Origin: Ruminococcus sp.
GTDB lineage: Bacteria > Bacillota > Clostridia > Oscillospirales > Ruminococcaceae
NCBI GenBank assembly: GCA_017471405.1
Contig: JAFUTK010000052.1
Span: 2,432-66,431, forward strand
DNA length: 64,000 bases
Direction of reading: 5' to 3'
Shown: in pieces, positions 10,526 through 18,904 of the stretch
How positions within the stretch are numbered: the stretch's first letter is position 1
Layout of the letters: every line of letters begins with the position of its first letter
The notes under the pieces: model-generated
What the model saw: only the letters and a program-made list of their open reading frames with translations
Databases searched by the model: none
Told to the model about the DNA's origin: nothing
Program-made: the position numbers and the translations under genes

Positions 10526-10903
10526 TTACAGCTTGTTTATCCAGTCCTTAAGCTCGACGATGTCCTCGTCGGAGAGCTCCTTATCGCCGTAGAGCGCCTT
10601 CACCAGTCCCGAGAGCCTGCCGCCCTCGAAGCGATTGCGGAAGCTTTTGGCCTCGACCGCGAGATACTCCTCCTCCGAAACGGCGGCGTAATAATCCCGC
10701 TCCTTGCCGTTGCGCTCGGAGCGAAGGAAGCCCTTCTTTTCAAGGCGCACCAGCATAGTCAGCACCGTCTGCTGCTTCCAGTCCTTTTCTGGCAGAGAGC
10801 AGCGGAGCTTCTCTGTCAGCTGGGGAGAGGTGACAGGCTCTTCGCTGCGCCATACCGCTCGCATTATTTCAAATTCCGCATCGGGAAGCTTTTTTATAGG
10901 CAT
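10526..10903 (-). CDS. BlaI/MecI/CopY-family repressor
   Basis: 'LPDAEFEIMRAVW', 'WKQQTVLTMLVRLEKKG'; RBS ggagg before ATG 10903. Confidence 0.92.
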   Translation of the reverse strand: MPIKKLPDAEFEIMRAVWRSEEPVTSPQLTEKLRCSLPEKDWKQQTVLTMLVRLEKKGFLRSERNGKERDYYAAVSEEEYLAVEAKSFRNRFEGGRLSGLVKALYGDKELSDEDIVELKDWINKL

Positions 10904-10918
10904 AGTATTTCCTCCAAA

Positions 10919-10963
10919 AACTACATTTGTGTTTATTATACTGTATGATAGCAGCTTTGTCAA
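10919..10963 (-). promoter_or_regulatory. SigA promoter with overlapping BlaI operator (autoregulation)
   Basis: TTGACA(10963-10958)-N17-TATAAT(10940-10935); aactacatttgtgtt (10919-10933) covers the transcription start. Confidence 0.75.
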
Positions 10964-11010
10964 TAGGCAAACACAAAAAAGCCCCCGCAGGGCGGGGGCA
11001 GGTATGCGGT

Positions 11011-11961
11011 TCAGCGCAGCAGTGACTTTAGCTTATCTGACCTTGTTGGGTGGCGGAGTACCCTCATAGCTCTGGCTTCAAGAGCTTCTACCGCTTCGAC
11101 AGAGATATCAAGGTTTCTGGCTATCTCCTCAAGACCTCTGCGGGCTCCCTTCTCAAGACCAAGCCCGTAGCGCTCTGATATGACAAGGCGGGGCAAATAT
11201 TCGAGAGTTTCCAGCAGGCTGAAAATGCATTCGGTCAGCTCATTGCCGAGAAAACCCTTCTCGCCGGGAAGTCCCGACATAATGCGGCTGGCAAGCAGGT
11301 TAGCGCCAACTATGTCGGTTGGCATCAGAGTGCTGTCGTTTTCAAGCACATCGCAGATTTCCAGCATATCGCTGTCGGTCAGCGTGCTCTCGCCGGCAGT
11401 AGAGAAGAGCTTAAGCTCCTCCACCTTGTCGCAGGCACAGTTGAGGACGAATGCCCTCACCATGTTGCAGAGCTCCCGGATAACCTCAGCCTCTCTCTTA
11501 TTATACATATGAGAGCGGAGATACCTGCCGAAGCAGTCCATTGTGGTCGGCGCCATGACCTCCGAGCCGAGCCGCTTTACGGACTGCGTTTCAAGCAGCT
11601 GGCGGTCTTGGGTGTTAGGATCGAAGCCGTCAAAGTACTTCTTCCAGACCCTTACCATACTCTCCTTGACCTCGACCTCGTCAATGTCGTCGGGGTCGCA
11701 GTCGGGGACATCGGGGTATATCAGTCCCTCCGCGCCGACAGAGCGGTACCACTGCCCCAGCATTTCTAGCGCGAGGGCGGTCTCCTCGGCGTCGTAGGCT
11801 ATTTCCTGCATTCTCCCGGAGTCCCAGTTCATATGGCATTTGAGGAAGGCGTCAGAGGAATAGGGATATATCTCCTTTGGAAAGCAGGGGGTGATGAGTA
11901 TGCCGTCATTGGTGTTGGCAAATATATTGTGGATAATTGTTTCGATGATGGAATTATACAT
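11011..11961 (-). CDS. Unknown N-terminal domain plus C-terminal sigma-70 (RpoD-like) region 4
   Basis: C-terminus 'ERYGL...RGLEEIARNLDISVEAVEALEARAMRVLRHPTRSDKLKSLL' aligns by eye to RpoD 'RFGL...[30 protein letters not shown]..L'; no region 2 recognised; RBS aaggag. Confidence 0.75.
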   Translation of the reverse strand: MYNSIIETIIHNIFANTNDGILITPCFPKEIYPYSSDAFLKCHMNWDSGRMQEIAYDAEETALALEMLGQWYRSVGAEGLIYPDVPDCDPDDIDEVEVKESMVRVWKKYFDGFDPNTQDRQLLETQSVKRLGSEVMAPTTMDCFGRYLRSHMYNKREAEVIRELCNMVRAFVLNCACDKVEELKLFSTAGESTLTDSDMLEICDVLENDSTLMPTDIVGANLLASRIMSGLPGEKGFLGNELTECIFSLLETLEYLPRLVISERYGLGLEKGARRGLEEIARNLDISVEAVEALEARAMRVLRHPTRSDKLKSLLR

Positions 11962-12090
11962 AGACTTACTCTCCTTTATATAATGTTTGGATTAGCATCG
12001 CCGCTAACGCGGCTCGGCGAATGTCGGGTTTTGTGCCGGGAGATATCCCCGCCGCGAGGGCGGGGAGGCCTTTGCCGGAGAGGGCAGCGG

Positions 12091-14133
12091 TCAGACCGCG
12101 AAGCCCAACTTGACCTCATTGGGATTGGTGACGCCGAGAGTTACGGCTGCGAAGTCCTCAGCTTTGAGCAGGCACATTTCTTCGGGGGTGAGCTCCTTGC
12201 TATTGCCCTCTTCAAGCAGACGCTCGGACTGCCTGATGATGGCCTGCTCCAGCAGGTTGCGGACGTAGCGCCCGTTGCCGTAGTTTTGCTCGGCCTCGGC
12301 GGAGTCGAGTATACGGGTGATGACGGGGTAGGCGTTTTTGTCGAGGGTGTACTCTCTCTTGGAGACGTGGAGCTCGAGGATATCCATAAGCTCGTCGGTG
12401 GTGTAGTCCTTGAAGTTGAGGTGGAAGGCGATACGGCTTCTCAAGCCCTCGTTCTGTTCAAGGAAGGTTTTCATCTTGTCGGGGTAGCCGGCGAAGATGA
12501 CGATGACGCGGTCGCGGTAGTTCTCAATGAGCTGGGTGATGGTGTTGATGGCCTCGGCACCGTAAGAGTTGCTGTCGTCAACAAGGGAGTAGGCCTCGTC
12601 GATGAAGAGGACGCCGCCTTCTGCCTCGCGGAATTTGTCCTCAATTATTTTGGCGGTCCAGCCCACATACTTGCCTACCAGATCCTGCCTGCCGCACTCG
12701 ACAAGCTTGCCGGATTTGATGATGTCCTCTTCTTTGAGGATCTGCGCCAGCAGGCGGGCGACGGTGGTTTTGGCGGTGCCGGGGCTGCCGGCGAAAAGCA
12801 TATTTAGGGAGGTGGAGTCGATTTTCAGACCCATGCGCTCACGCATACACTTGACCTTGCCGGCGGCAATGATTTGGTCGATGACCCTCTTGACGTTTTC
12901 AAGGCCAATGAGGGAGCGGAGATCCTCATAGGGCTTGTCCTCGTACTTTGTGACCTCGATCTTGCAGAGGTTTTCCTTGCGGTAGGCCTTGTAGATGTGG
13001 TTTTTCAGGCCGGAGCCGTACCAGTTGTTGTAGGCCTTGAAGATGTCGGAGACGGTGAAGGTCTCCTGCTTTGGCAGGTAGTCCAGCAGTTCCTGCCTGT
13101 CATCAAGACCGATATCCGATCTCTTGGCAAGGTCGGTGAGATATCTCTCAGCACGCTTGTATGTACCGGAGCCCTCTGTCAGCTGAATTATGTCAGCCTT
13201 GGAGACGATGCTGCCCAGAGCATCGGCATTTTTGATGGACTTGCCCATTATCTCGACGAAGATGAAGAGGGTGTCCTTTTTCATCTCTTCAAGAATTTCG
13301 CCTGTGACTTTGGTGAACTCGTGGAAGTCGCTGGCGTAACGGCCATTGCCAGAGTTGCAGCAAAGCTCCATTACCACAATGCTGCCCTCAGAGACCGAGA
13401 GATGCTCGCGGTATCTGTCGTCGCGGTAGGCTCCCTTGCGGAAGTCGGTGAAGGTGGCCATTCTCTTGGAGCAGAGCCTGCCGTTGGACCAGAGTGCCTG
13501 AGCCAGCAGCTCACAGATGTCCATAGCGGCGCCCCAGTCGCCGGCGCTGACGAAGTAGTGGACAGGGTGACCGAAGTACTCCTTGCGGTTTTTGTCGGAG
13601 TAAATTCGGTCCAGTTCCTCGTTGAGGCTCTTGGAGCCCAGTATCTTCTCGGAGAGGACAGCCGCCTCCTCGCGGGTGATGGGTTCCAGGTCGAGGATCT
13701 GCTCCTTCCAGTCATATGGGCAGGGGTCAAAGAGGCGGGAGCCGGAGTAGTCGATGTTGAGCTTCTTTATAGCCCGGCGGTTGTTGTAGTACTGGGAAAG
13801 CTCGAGGGCTCTCTTGTACTCCTCGACTGTGATCTCCTTGGCCTCAATGCAGGAGCAGTCGGAGAACTGAGACTTGATCTCGCTCTTTATGTGAGCGTCG
13901 TCGTATCTGCCGATACGGGAGGCGACATATGCCTCAATCATACTGTCGTAACATTCGGTGATGAAGATTAGGCTGTCCTCTCTGTTGCAGTAGTTCTTGA
14001 AGAAAAGGTCATTGGCGGATTGGACATAGCTATCATCATAGTTGTACTCGAAGTTGCTCTTCATGCGGGAGTGACCCTTCTTCTTCCAGTCATCAATACA
14101 GTCCCAGCGAAAAGTGTAGTTGTGAAAAATCAT
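12091..14133 (-). CDS. AAA+ ATPase, CbxX/CfxQ/SpoVK-like, with a ~400-aa N-terminal extension
   Basis: 'LIGLENVK', Walker A GSPGTAKT, pore loop LVGKYVG, Walker B LFIDEAY, 'GLRSRI', 'GNGRYVRN'; ends in VKLGFAV. Confidence 0.9.
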   Translation of the reverse strand: MIFHNYTFRWDCIDDWKKKGHSRMKSNFEYNYDDSYVQSANDLFFKNYCNREDSLIFITECYDSMIEAYVASRIGRYDDAHIKSEIKSQFSDCSCIEAKEITVEEYKRALELSQYYNNRRAIKKLNIDYSGSRLFDPCPYDWKEQILDLEPITREEAAVLSEKILGSKSLNEELDRIYSDKNRKEYFGHPVHYFVSAGDWGAAMDICELLAQALWSNGRLCSKRMATFTDFRKGAYRDDRYREHLSVSEGSIVVMELCCNSGNGRYASDFHEFTKVTGEILEEMKKDTLFIFVEIMGKSIKNADALGSIVSKADIIQLTEGSGTYKRAERYLTDLAKRSDIGLDDRQELLDYLPKQETFTVSDIFKAYNNWYGSGLKNHIYKAYRKENLCKIEVTKYEDKPYEDLRSLIGLENVKRVIDQIIAAGKVKCMRERMGLKIDSTSLNMLFAGSPGTAKTTVARLLAQILKEEDIIKSGKLVECGRQDLVGKYVGWTAKIIEDKFREAEGGVLFIDEAYSLVDDSNSYGAEAINTITQLIENYRDRVIVIFAGYPDKMKTFLEQNEGLRSRIAFHLNFKDYTTDELMDILELHVSKREYTLDKNAYPVITRILDSAEAEQNYGNGRYVRNLLEQAIIRQSERLLEEGNSKELTPEEMCLLKAEDFAAVTLGVTNPNEVKLGFAV

Positions 14134-14152
14134 AGTGGTTTCCTCTCTTTCA

Positions 14153-14737
14153 TCAAACTCTGGTTGTCAGTGCCTTGTCAATGAGGCCGAAGCTGATGGC
14201 TTCCTCAGCGTCCAGCCAGAAGTCGCGGTCGCAGGCACGTGCGATCTCGCGCTTTGTTTTGCTGCAGCTCTCTGCTAAAATGCGATAGAGCTTGTCCTCG
14301 ATGCGGGACAGGTGCTTGGCAGCTATCTGCACATCGGCAGAGCGGCCGTCAGCCTTGCTTAAGGGCTGGTGGATCATCATCTCGGCGTTGGGGAGAGCGA
14401 AGCGCTTGCCCTTTGTACCGCCTGCCAGCAATACGGCTCCCATGCTTGCCGCCATGCCCACGCAGATGGTGGAGACATCGCACTTGATGCAGTTCATGGT
14501 GTCGAGGATAGCCAGCCCCGCTGTGACCGAGCCGCCGCAGCTGTTTATGTAGAGGCTGATGTCCTTGCCGGGGTCGGAGGCCTCGAGGAAAAGCAGCTGA
14601 GCTACTACCGCGCAGGCGGTGGTGTCGTCTATCTCCCCGCCGATGAAGATGATCCTGTCCTTCAGCAGACGGGAGTAGATGTCGTAGCATCTCTCCCCCC
14701 TGCCGGTTTGTTCGATAACTGATGGGATAAGTGCCAT
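14153..14737 (-). CDS. clpP: ATP-dependent Clp protease proteolytic subunit (accessory paralog)
   Basis: '[12 protein letters not shown]', Ser motif GMAASMG, His motif MIHQP, Asp motif DRDFW; RBS aaggag before ATG 14737. Confidence 0.93.
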   Translation of the reverse strand: MALIPSVIEQTGRGERCYDIYSRLLKDRIIFIGGEIDDTTACAVVAQLLFLEASDPGKDISLYINSCGGSVTAGLAILDTMNCIKCDVSTICVGMAASMGAVLLAGGTKGKRFALPNAEMMIHQPLSKADGRSADVQIAAKHLSRIEDKLYRILAESCSKTKREIARACDRDFWLDAEEAISFGLIDKALTTRV

Positions 14738-15189
14738 AGTGAACTCTCCTTTCATTATTTCGGGTCGTGTGTGAATGATAATAATTTACCCTACCCGCAT
14801 TTGGGTATAGTGGGGGCGCAAATTTTTTTGAGGTGGTGAATATTAAATTGTGGATTTTGGGGTATGGGTAAATTGAATTTTATGAATATTATATTAGCAT
14901 AAAACATTCAATCTTGTAAAGAGATTTCTGAAATTTTCGTAGATTTTTGTAGAAATGCATAAGTGCTTATACGTTTTGCTACATCTATTATAACTATTCT
15001 GCACAATAAGAAGCAAGGATTTGTGGCTTTGAATACTGAAAAAACGTCAGACGACAGCTATAAAACAGCTGGAAAGGGTTTTTGTATAATACTATGTTGC
15101 GCAGGTGAAGGTATACTATTATAATATATAAGCATATTGGGAGAATCCCCTGTGAAACCAGCTTAGCTCTAGAAATTTTAAATTTGGTA

Positions 15190-15218
15190 TTGCAAAACGA
15201 GAAATTATATGCTATGAT
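15190..15218 (+). promoter_or_regulatory. SigA-type promoter in the AT-rich divergent spacer
   Basis: TTGCAA-N17-TATGAT with an extended TG. Confidence 0.55.
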
Positions 15219-15281
15219 ATATCTAAAGAAAATTACACCCTGCCGCGCTGTATCTCTGTGCGGCTGAGAAAGGAAGGACAT

Positions 15282-16151
15282 ATGGACGAGCAGGAAAAGG
15301 AAGTTAAGTATATACCGGTATATCAGAAAAGGCTGGCAAAGTATCTTCTGCTGGCAAAGGGCAAGGACAGGACTATGGCGGAGTTCGCGGAGCTTTGCAA
15401 TGCCAACCCCACCACCTTCTCGAGAGTAGTCAAGGGGACCATCGCCAAGCCGCTGGACGTGGAGCTCATCAAAACCATCGCGGAGAACTCTGCCGACCCG
15501 CTCTCCGCATCTCTGGACGACCTTATGCGCGCCAACGGAATGGTAAGGGATAATGATGAGGAGGCCAGCAGGCGGGTGGCTCAGAAGCGCTTTGAGGAGA
15601 GGTCCCGCCTGATGGAGGAGGTCCAGAGCATTATAATGCAGGAGCTGTTCTCCCGGGGCTTTACCATCGGGCCGGTTCTGGGCACTCCGCTGGAGCAGAG
15701 CGACCCCACTCTCAAAAGGAGCAGGTTCCCGCTTTCCAGAGCGGTAAGGTTTGCGTTCCGGGTGGCAGGCTACGAGCCTGCCTTCTGGAACTTCACCGTC
15801 AACACCTTCAATGGGGAGGTGCTGGAGGGCAGGGAGGATTACAAGCGGGAGATACATTTGGAGTCCAGCTCCTTTATTATCAGGTACAGTGATGTGTTCC
15901 TTAGGGATATGTGGGAGCCGGAGGCCTTTGAGAACTCCAAGTTCTCCATCGTGATGATACACCGTGACCTCTTCGATGAGGTGCTCAAAAGGTTTGAGGG
16001 AGTGAAGGTGAAAAACGATATCTCGCTGATACTTGTTGACACTAAGGAGCAGAGGATAGCGCAGGAATATGTTTTCCCGAGATATGAGGGCAAGGCGCCT
16101 GAGAGCTTTTTAGCACAGCCGAAGCATTCGTTCGCGTCAAGAGAGGACTGA
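15282..16151 (+). CDS. XRE-like HTH protein with an uncharacterised C-terminal domain
   Basis: 'RTMAEFAELCNANPTTFSRVVKG' helix-turn-helix; RBS aaggaagg before ATG 15282. Confidence 0.75.
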   Translation: MDEQEKEVKYIPVYQKRLAKYLLLAKGKDRTMAEFAELCNANPTTFSRVVKGTIAKPLDVELIKTIAENSADPLSASLDDLMRANGMVRDNDEEASRRVAQKRFEERSRLMEEVQSIIMQELFSRGFTIGPVLGTPLEQSDPTLKRSRFPLSRAVRFAFRVAGYEPAFWNFTVNTFNGEVLEGREDYKREIHLESSSFIIRYSDVFLRDMWEPEAFENSKFSIVMIHRDLFDEVLKRFEGVKVKNDISLILVDTKEQRIAQEYVFPRYEGKAPESFLAQPKHSFASRED

Positions 16152-16196
16152 CTGATTCGGAATTACCTAACATAGCAGGAATAATTTACGCTAAGC

Positions 16197-16236
16197 AAAA
16201 AAGGATATCTCTCCTTGTAAGGAGAGATATCCTTTT
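16197..16236. terminator. Bidirectional terminator / long palindrome
   Basis: aaaaggatatctctcctt-gt-aaggagagatatcctttt between convergent genes. Confidence 0.85.
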
Positions 16237-16252
16237 GTCGTTCATATGAGAA

Positions 16253-17782
16253 TTATCCGGCACTGCTCATTCCCAGATGTACTGCTGCCTGAAGCCCTGA
16301 GTATTTGTAGGTCAGGGCGGTTCGGTCTATCTCGGTGCCGCCGTCCCACCAAATGGGGCACATCTTGTATTTCAGAGCGTATTCAATGACGCTCTCCACA
16401 AACAGATTTACAGAGGACTGCACCTTGTCGGTATGGGTGGCGCCGAATTCTCCGATTATCACCGGCACGCCCTTGTCGATGTAGTTGGTTTTGAGCTTTT
16501 TCATCTGTCCCTCAAGATACTTGATGTCCGAGGCCGTTCCCCAGCTTTCCCTAAAGCCCCAGGTGGAGGTCTTGTCAGCTATGGCAAAGGTGGAGGGGGA
16601 GTAGTAGTGTACCGAGAGGATAGTTCTGTTATCGTCCGGCATTTTGATGCCGCCCTCGATGCTGCGGTCAACGTCCGTCCAGTAGCCCGCCAGTAGCAGA
16701 TAACGTTCGCTGTTGAACCCGCCGGAGCCTCTCACCAGTGAGACGAACTCCGCATTTATCCTGTTCATCAGCTCGCAGCCATTTTTGGTGCCGAGATCGT
16801 CAAAGCCTATCTCGTTCATCGACTCCAATATAAGGTGCTCGTCGTAGCCCTTGAAGCGGTCGGCTATCTGCTCCCAGATGGCGGTGTATTTCTGCATTAC
16901 GCCCTCATAGTCGGAGGAGGCCTTGGTGAGCCAGCTGTCCTCGTGGTGAACGTTTAGGATAACGTAAAGCCCGTCCTCCATACACCAGTCCACCACCTGC
17001 TGAACTCTGTCCATCCACTTGGCCTTAACGGTGTAGTCGGGAGCGCCGGAGGTGTGGTCAGCCCAGCTCACAGGCACCCTTATAGTTCTGAAGCCCTCCG
17101 ACCTGATGTAGTCGATAAGCGCCTTTGTGGCCTTGGGATTTCCCCAGGCGGTCTCGTAGTCAAGGTCATTGCTAACCCAGGTGCAGTTTACCGGGTCGAG
17201 GGTGTTGCCTAAATTCCAGCCCACGCCCATTCCATCAACGAAGGCCTGTGCGCTGACGGCTGCATCGAATTTTCCGTCGGCGGGGGGCAGAGAGGTCACT
17301 GGCGTCCACACCGGCTGGGTGTCGGAGGAGGTGTCGTCCTGCTTATTGCTGCTGCTTGATGTATCGCTGGCGGAGCGGCTGGTGGTGATGGTTTTGCTGC
17401 TGTCAGCCCGTGAGGTGACCGTAGTAGTCGTCGGGCTCTTGCTAGAGGAGCTCTCCGGTCTGCGGCTGCCGGTCTCGGCGGGCTTTGATGATGAGCTATC
17501 CTCCGGCTGGGAGGAGCTTTCCTCCTTACTGCTCTCATCAATATCGGAGCTTATGTCGGCTGCCTCGCTTTCCTCCATCGGTAGGGAGCTTTCCTCCGAT
17601 ACTGTGACCGTAGTTGTTGTAACGGGTTCCGTTTCGGAGGCGGGCTCGCTGCTTGTTACAGTCTCAGCACTCTCCGATGAGGAGGGGAGGTTTTCAGTCT
17701 TGGAGGAGCTTTCCACGTTGCCGCAGGAGACGGCAGAGAGCATAGTAAGTACTGCTAGTATCAGACACAGCTTTCTTTTCAT
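16253..17782 (-). CDS. GH5 endoglucanase-like lipoprotein with a long Ser/Thr/Glu-rich linker
   Basis: Lipobox AVSC; 'GWNLGNTLD', 'RVPVSW', 'NVHH', acid/base MNE, 'HYYSP', nucleophile GEFG; no dockerin seen. Confidence 0.9.
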   Translation of the reverse strand: MKRKLCLILAVLTMLSAVSCGNVESSSKTENLPSSSESAETVTSSEPASETEPVTTTTVTVSEESSLPMEESEAADISSDIDESSKEESSSQPEDSSSSKPAETGSRRPESSSSKSPTTTTVTSRADSSKTITTSRSASDTSSSSNKQDDTSSDTQPVWTPVTSLPPADGKFDAAVSAQAFVDGMGVGWNLGNTLDPVNCTWVSNDLDYETAWGNPKATKALIDYIRSEGFRTIRVPVSWADHTSGAPDYTVKAKWMDRVQQVVDWCMEDGLYVILNVHHEDSWLTKASSDYEGVMQKYTAIWEQIADRFKGYDEHLILESMNEIGFDDLGTKNGCELMNRINAEFVSLVRGSGGFNSERYLLLAGYWTDVDRSIEGGIKMPDDNRTILSVHYYSPSTFAIADKTSTWGFRESWGTASDIKYLEGQMKKLKTNYIDKGVPVIIGEFGATHTDKVQSSVNLFVESVIEYALKYKMCPIWWDGGTEIDRTALTYKYSGLQAAVHLGMSSAG

Positions 17783-18711
17783 AGAGTTTCACCCTCCTGA
17801 ATTTCGTTTATCTTATATGTCCCGCGGATAATCATATAGGTGGCAATGGCGATGACTGCCGCGATGACTATTCCTCCGGTGACTGAGTTCATAATTCGAC
17901 GGTAGCTGTCGGAGTCGTTATTCCCGAAGGTGTGGAGCATTGAGGTTTGAAGGGAGAACATCGACATCAGAGCTCCTGTCAGAGACAGGTTCTTTGCCGC
18001 CGAAAGCACCGCACTGTCCCGCTTACGGAAGGAGACGGCGTTGTATATGGCGAGGATAAAGCAGTAGAAGGTAAATGCCGCCGAGATTATTACAGCCGCC
18101 TGCGAGTATTCGTTTGCCTTGTTCTGCCATATCATCTGCACCGCCATACCGCCCACCGCAAGGTCCAGCACCATCATCATCGCTCCGCACAGGCGGTAGG
18201 TCTTTAGCTCGTGAAGGCGGCTTTGCTTGTCCTCCTCAATGCGCTTTTCGGCTCTGACACCTCTCATCAGAAAGAAGCGTATTCCGCCCAGAAAGAGATA
18301 ATATATCCCCATCGACCACAGCCAGGGGGAGGAATACATAGCGCCGGTCACGCCCTTGAACACAGCGTAGAACATATTCACCGCCAGCCCCGCATAGAGG
18401 GCGGTCTCCGCCCGGAAGTCCCGGCTTTCAAGATATCGGCGGGTGTATTTGTTGCGCCTCATCAGCGCCTTTATTCCCCGGACAAGCGCCAGCTCGTCGC
18501 CGGTGGCAAGCTCCTTAAGCCTGTCTTTTAAGCGCCCAAAGTTGATTACTGTAACCGTAAGGGCATAGGCGGAGATAAAGTACGCCGCCAGCGACACCGG
18601 ATTGGTGCTTTCCAGCTTTTTAAGTGCAATTATCACCAGCGGTATCGACAGTATATCTATGAGAATGATAAGCCGCACAGGAGGGTGCAGCAGAGCCTTC
18701 AGCCTGTTCAT
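17779..18711 (-). CDS. Hypothetical polytopic membrane protein
   Basis: About 7 hydrophobic helices; 4-nt overlap with the GH5 start. Confidence 0.75.
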   Translation of the reverse strand: MNRLKALLHPPVRLIILIDILSIPLVIIALKKLESTNPVSLAAYFISAYALTVTVINFGRLKDRLKELATGDELALVRGIKALMRRNKYTRRYLESRDFRAETALYAGLAVNMFYAVFKGVTGAMYSSPWLWSMGIYYLFLGGIRFFLMRGVRAEKRIEEDKQSRLHELKTYRLCGAMMMVLDLAVGGMAVQMIWQNKANEYSQAAVIISAAFTFYCFILAIYNAVSFRKRDSAVLSAAKNLSLTGALMSMFSLQTSMLHTFGNNDSDSYRRIMNSVTGGIVIAAVIAIATYMIIRGTYKINEIQEGETL

Positions 18712-18904
18712 TTGTCACCTCGTTTGTCAATGCTTCGTGTATTTATCATATCATATTTTCAGGTGTATTTCAATCCCGCAGGGAACATTTAACATTTTCA
18801 AAACAAATCGCGGGGCGATGTGTCCGTAAAAAGTCATTGCTTTTTCCCGCAATGTATGTTATAATATTCCTGACATCAAAAACCAAGATACGGAGGTAAC
18901 TGCT

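Noticed and set aside
14994-15962. 322-aa minus-strand ORF spanning the AT-rich spacer
   Set aside because: It overlaps the HTH gene antisense and runs through promoter-like DNA; no protein-like features.
11011-16236. Prophage or ICE interpretation of the clpP block
   Set aside because: No integrase, portal, capsid, terminase or att-like repeats were found, and the ClpP resembles cellular ClpP, not a phage head protease.
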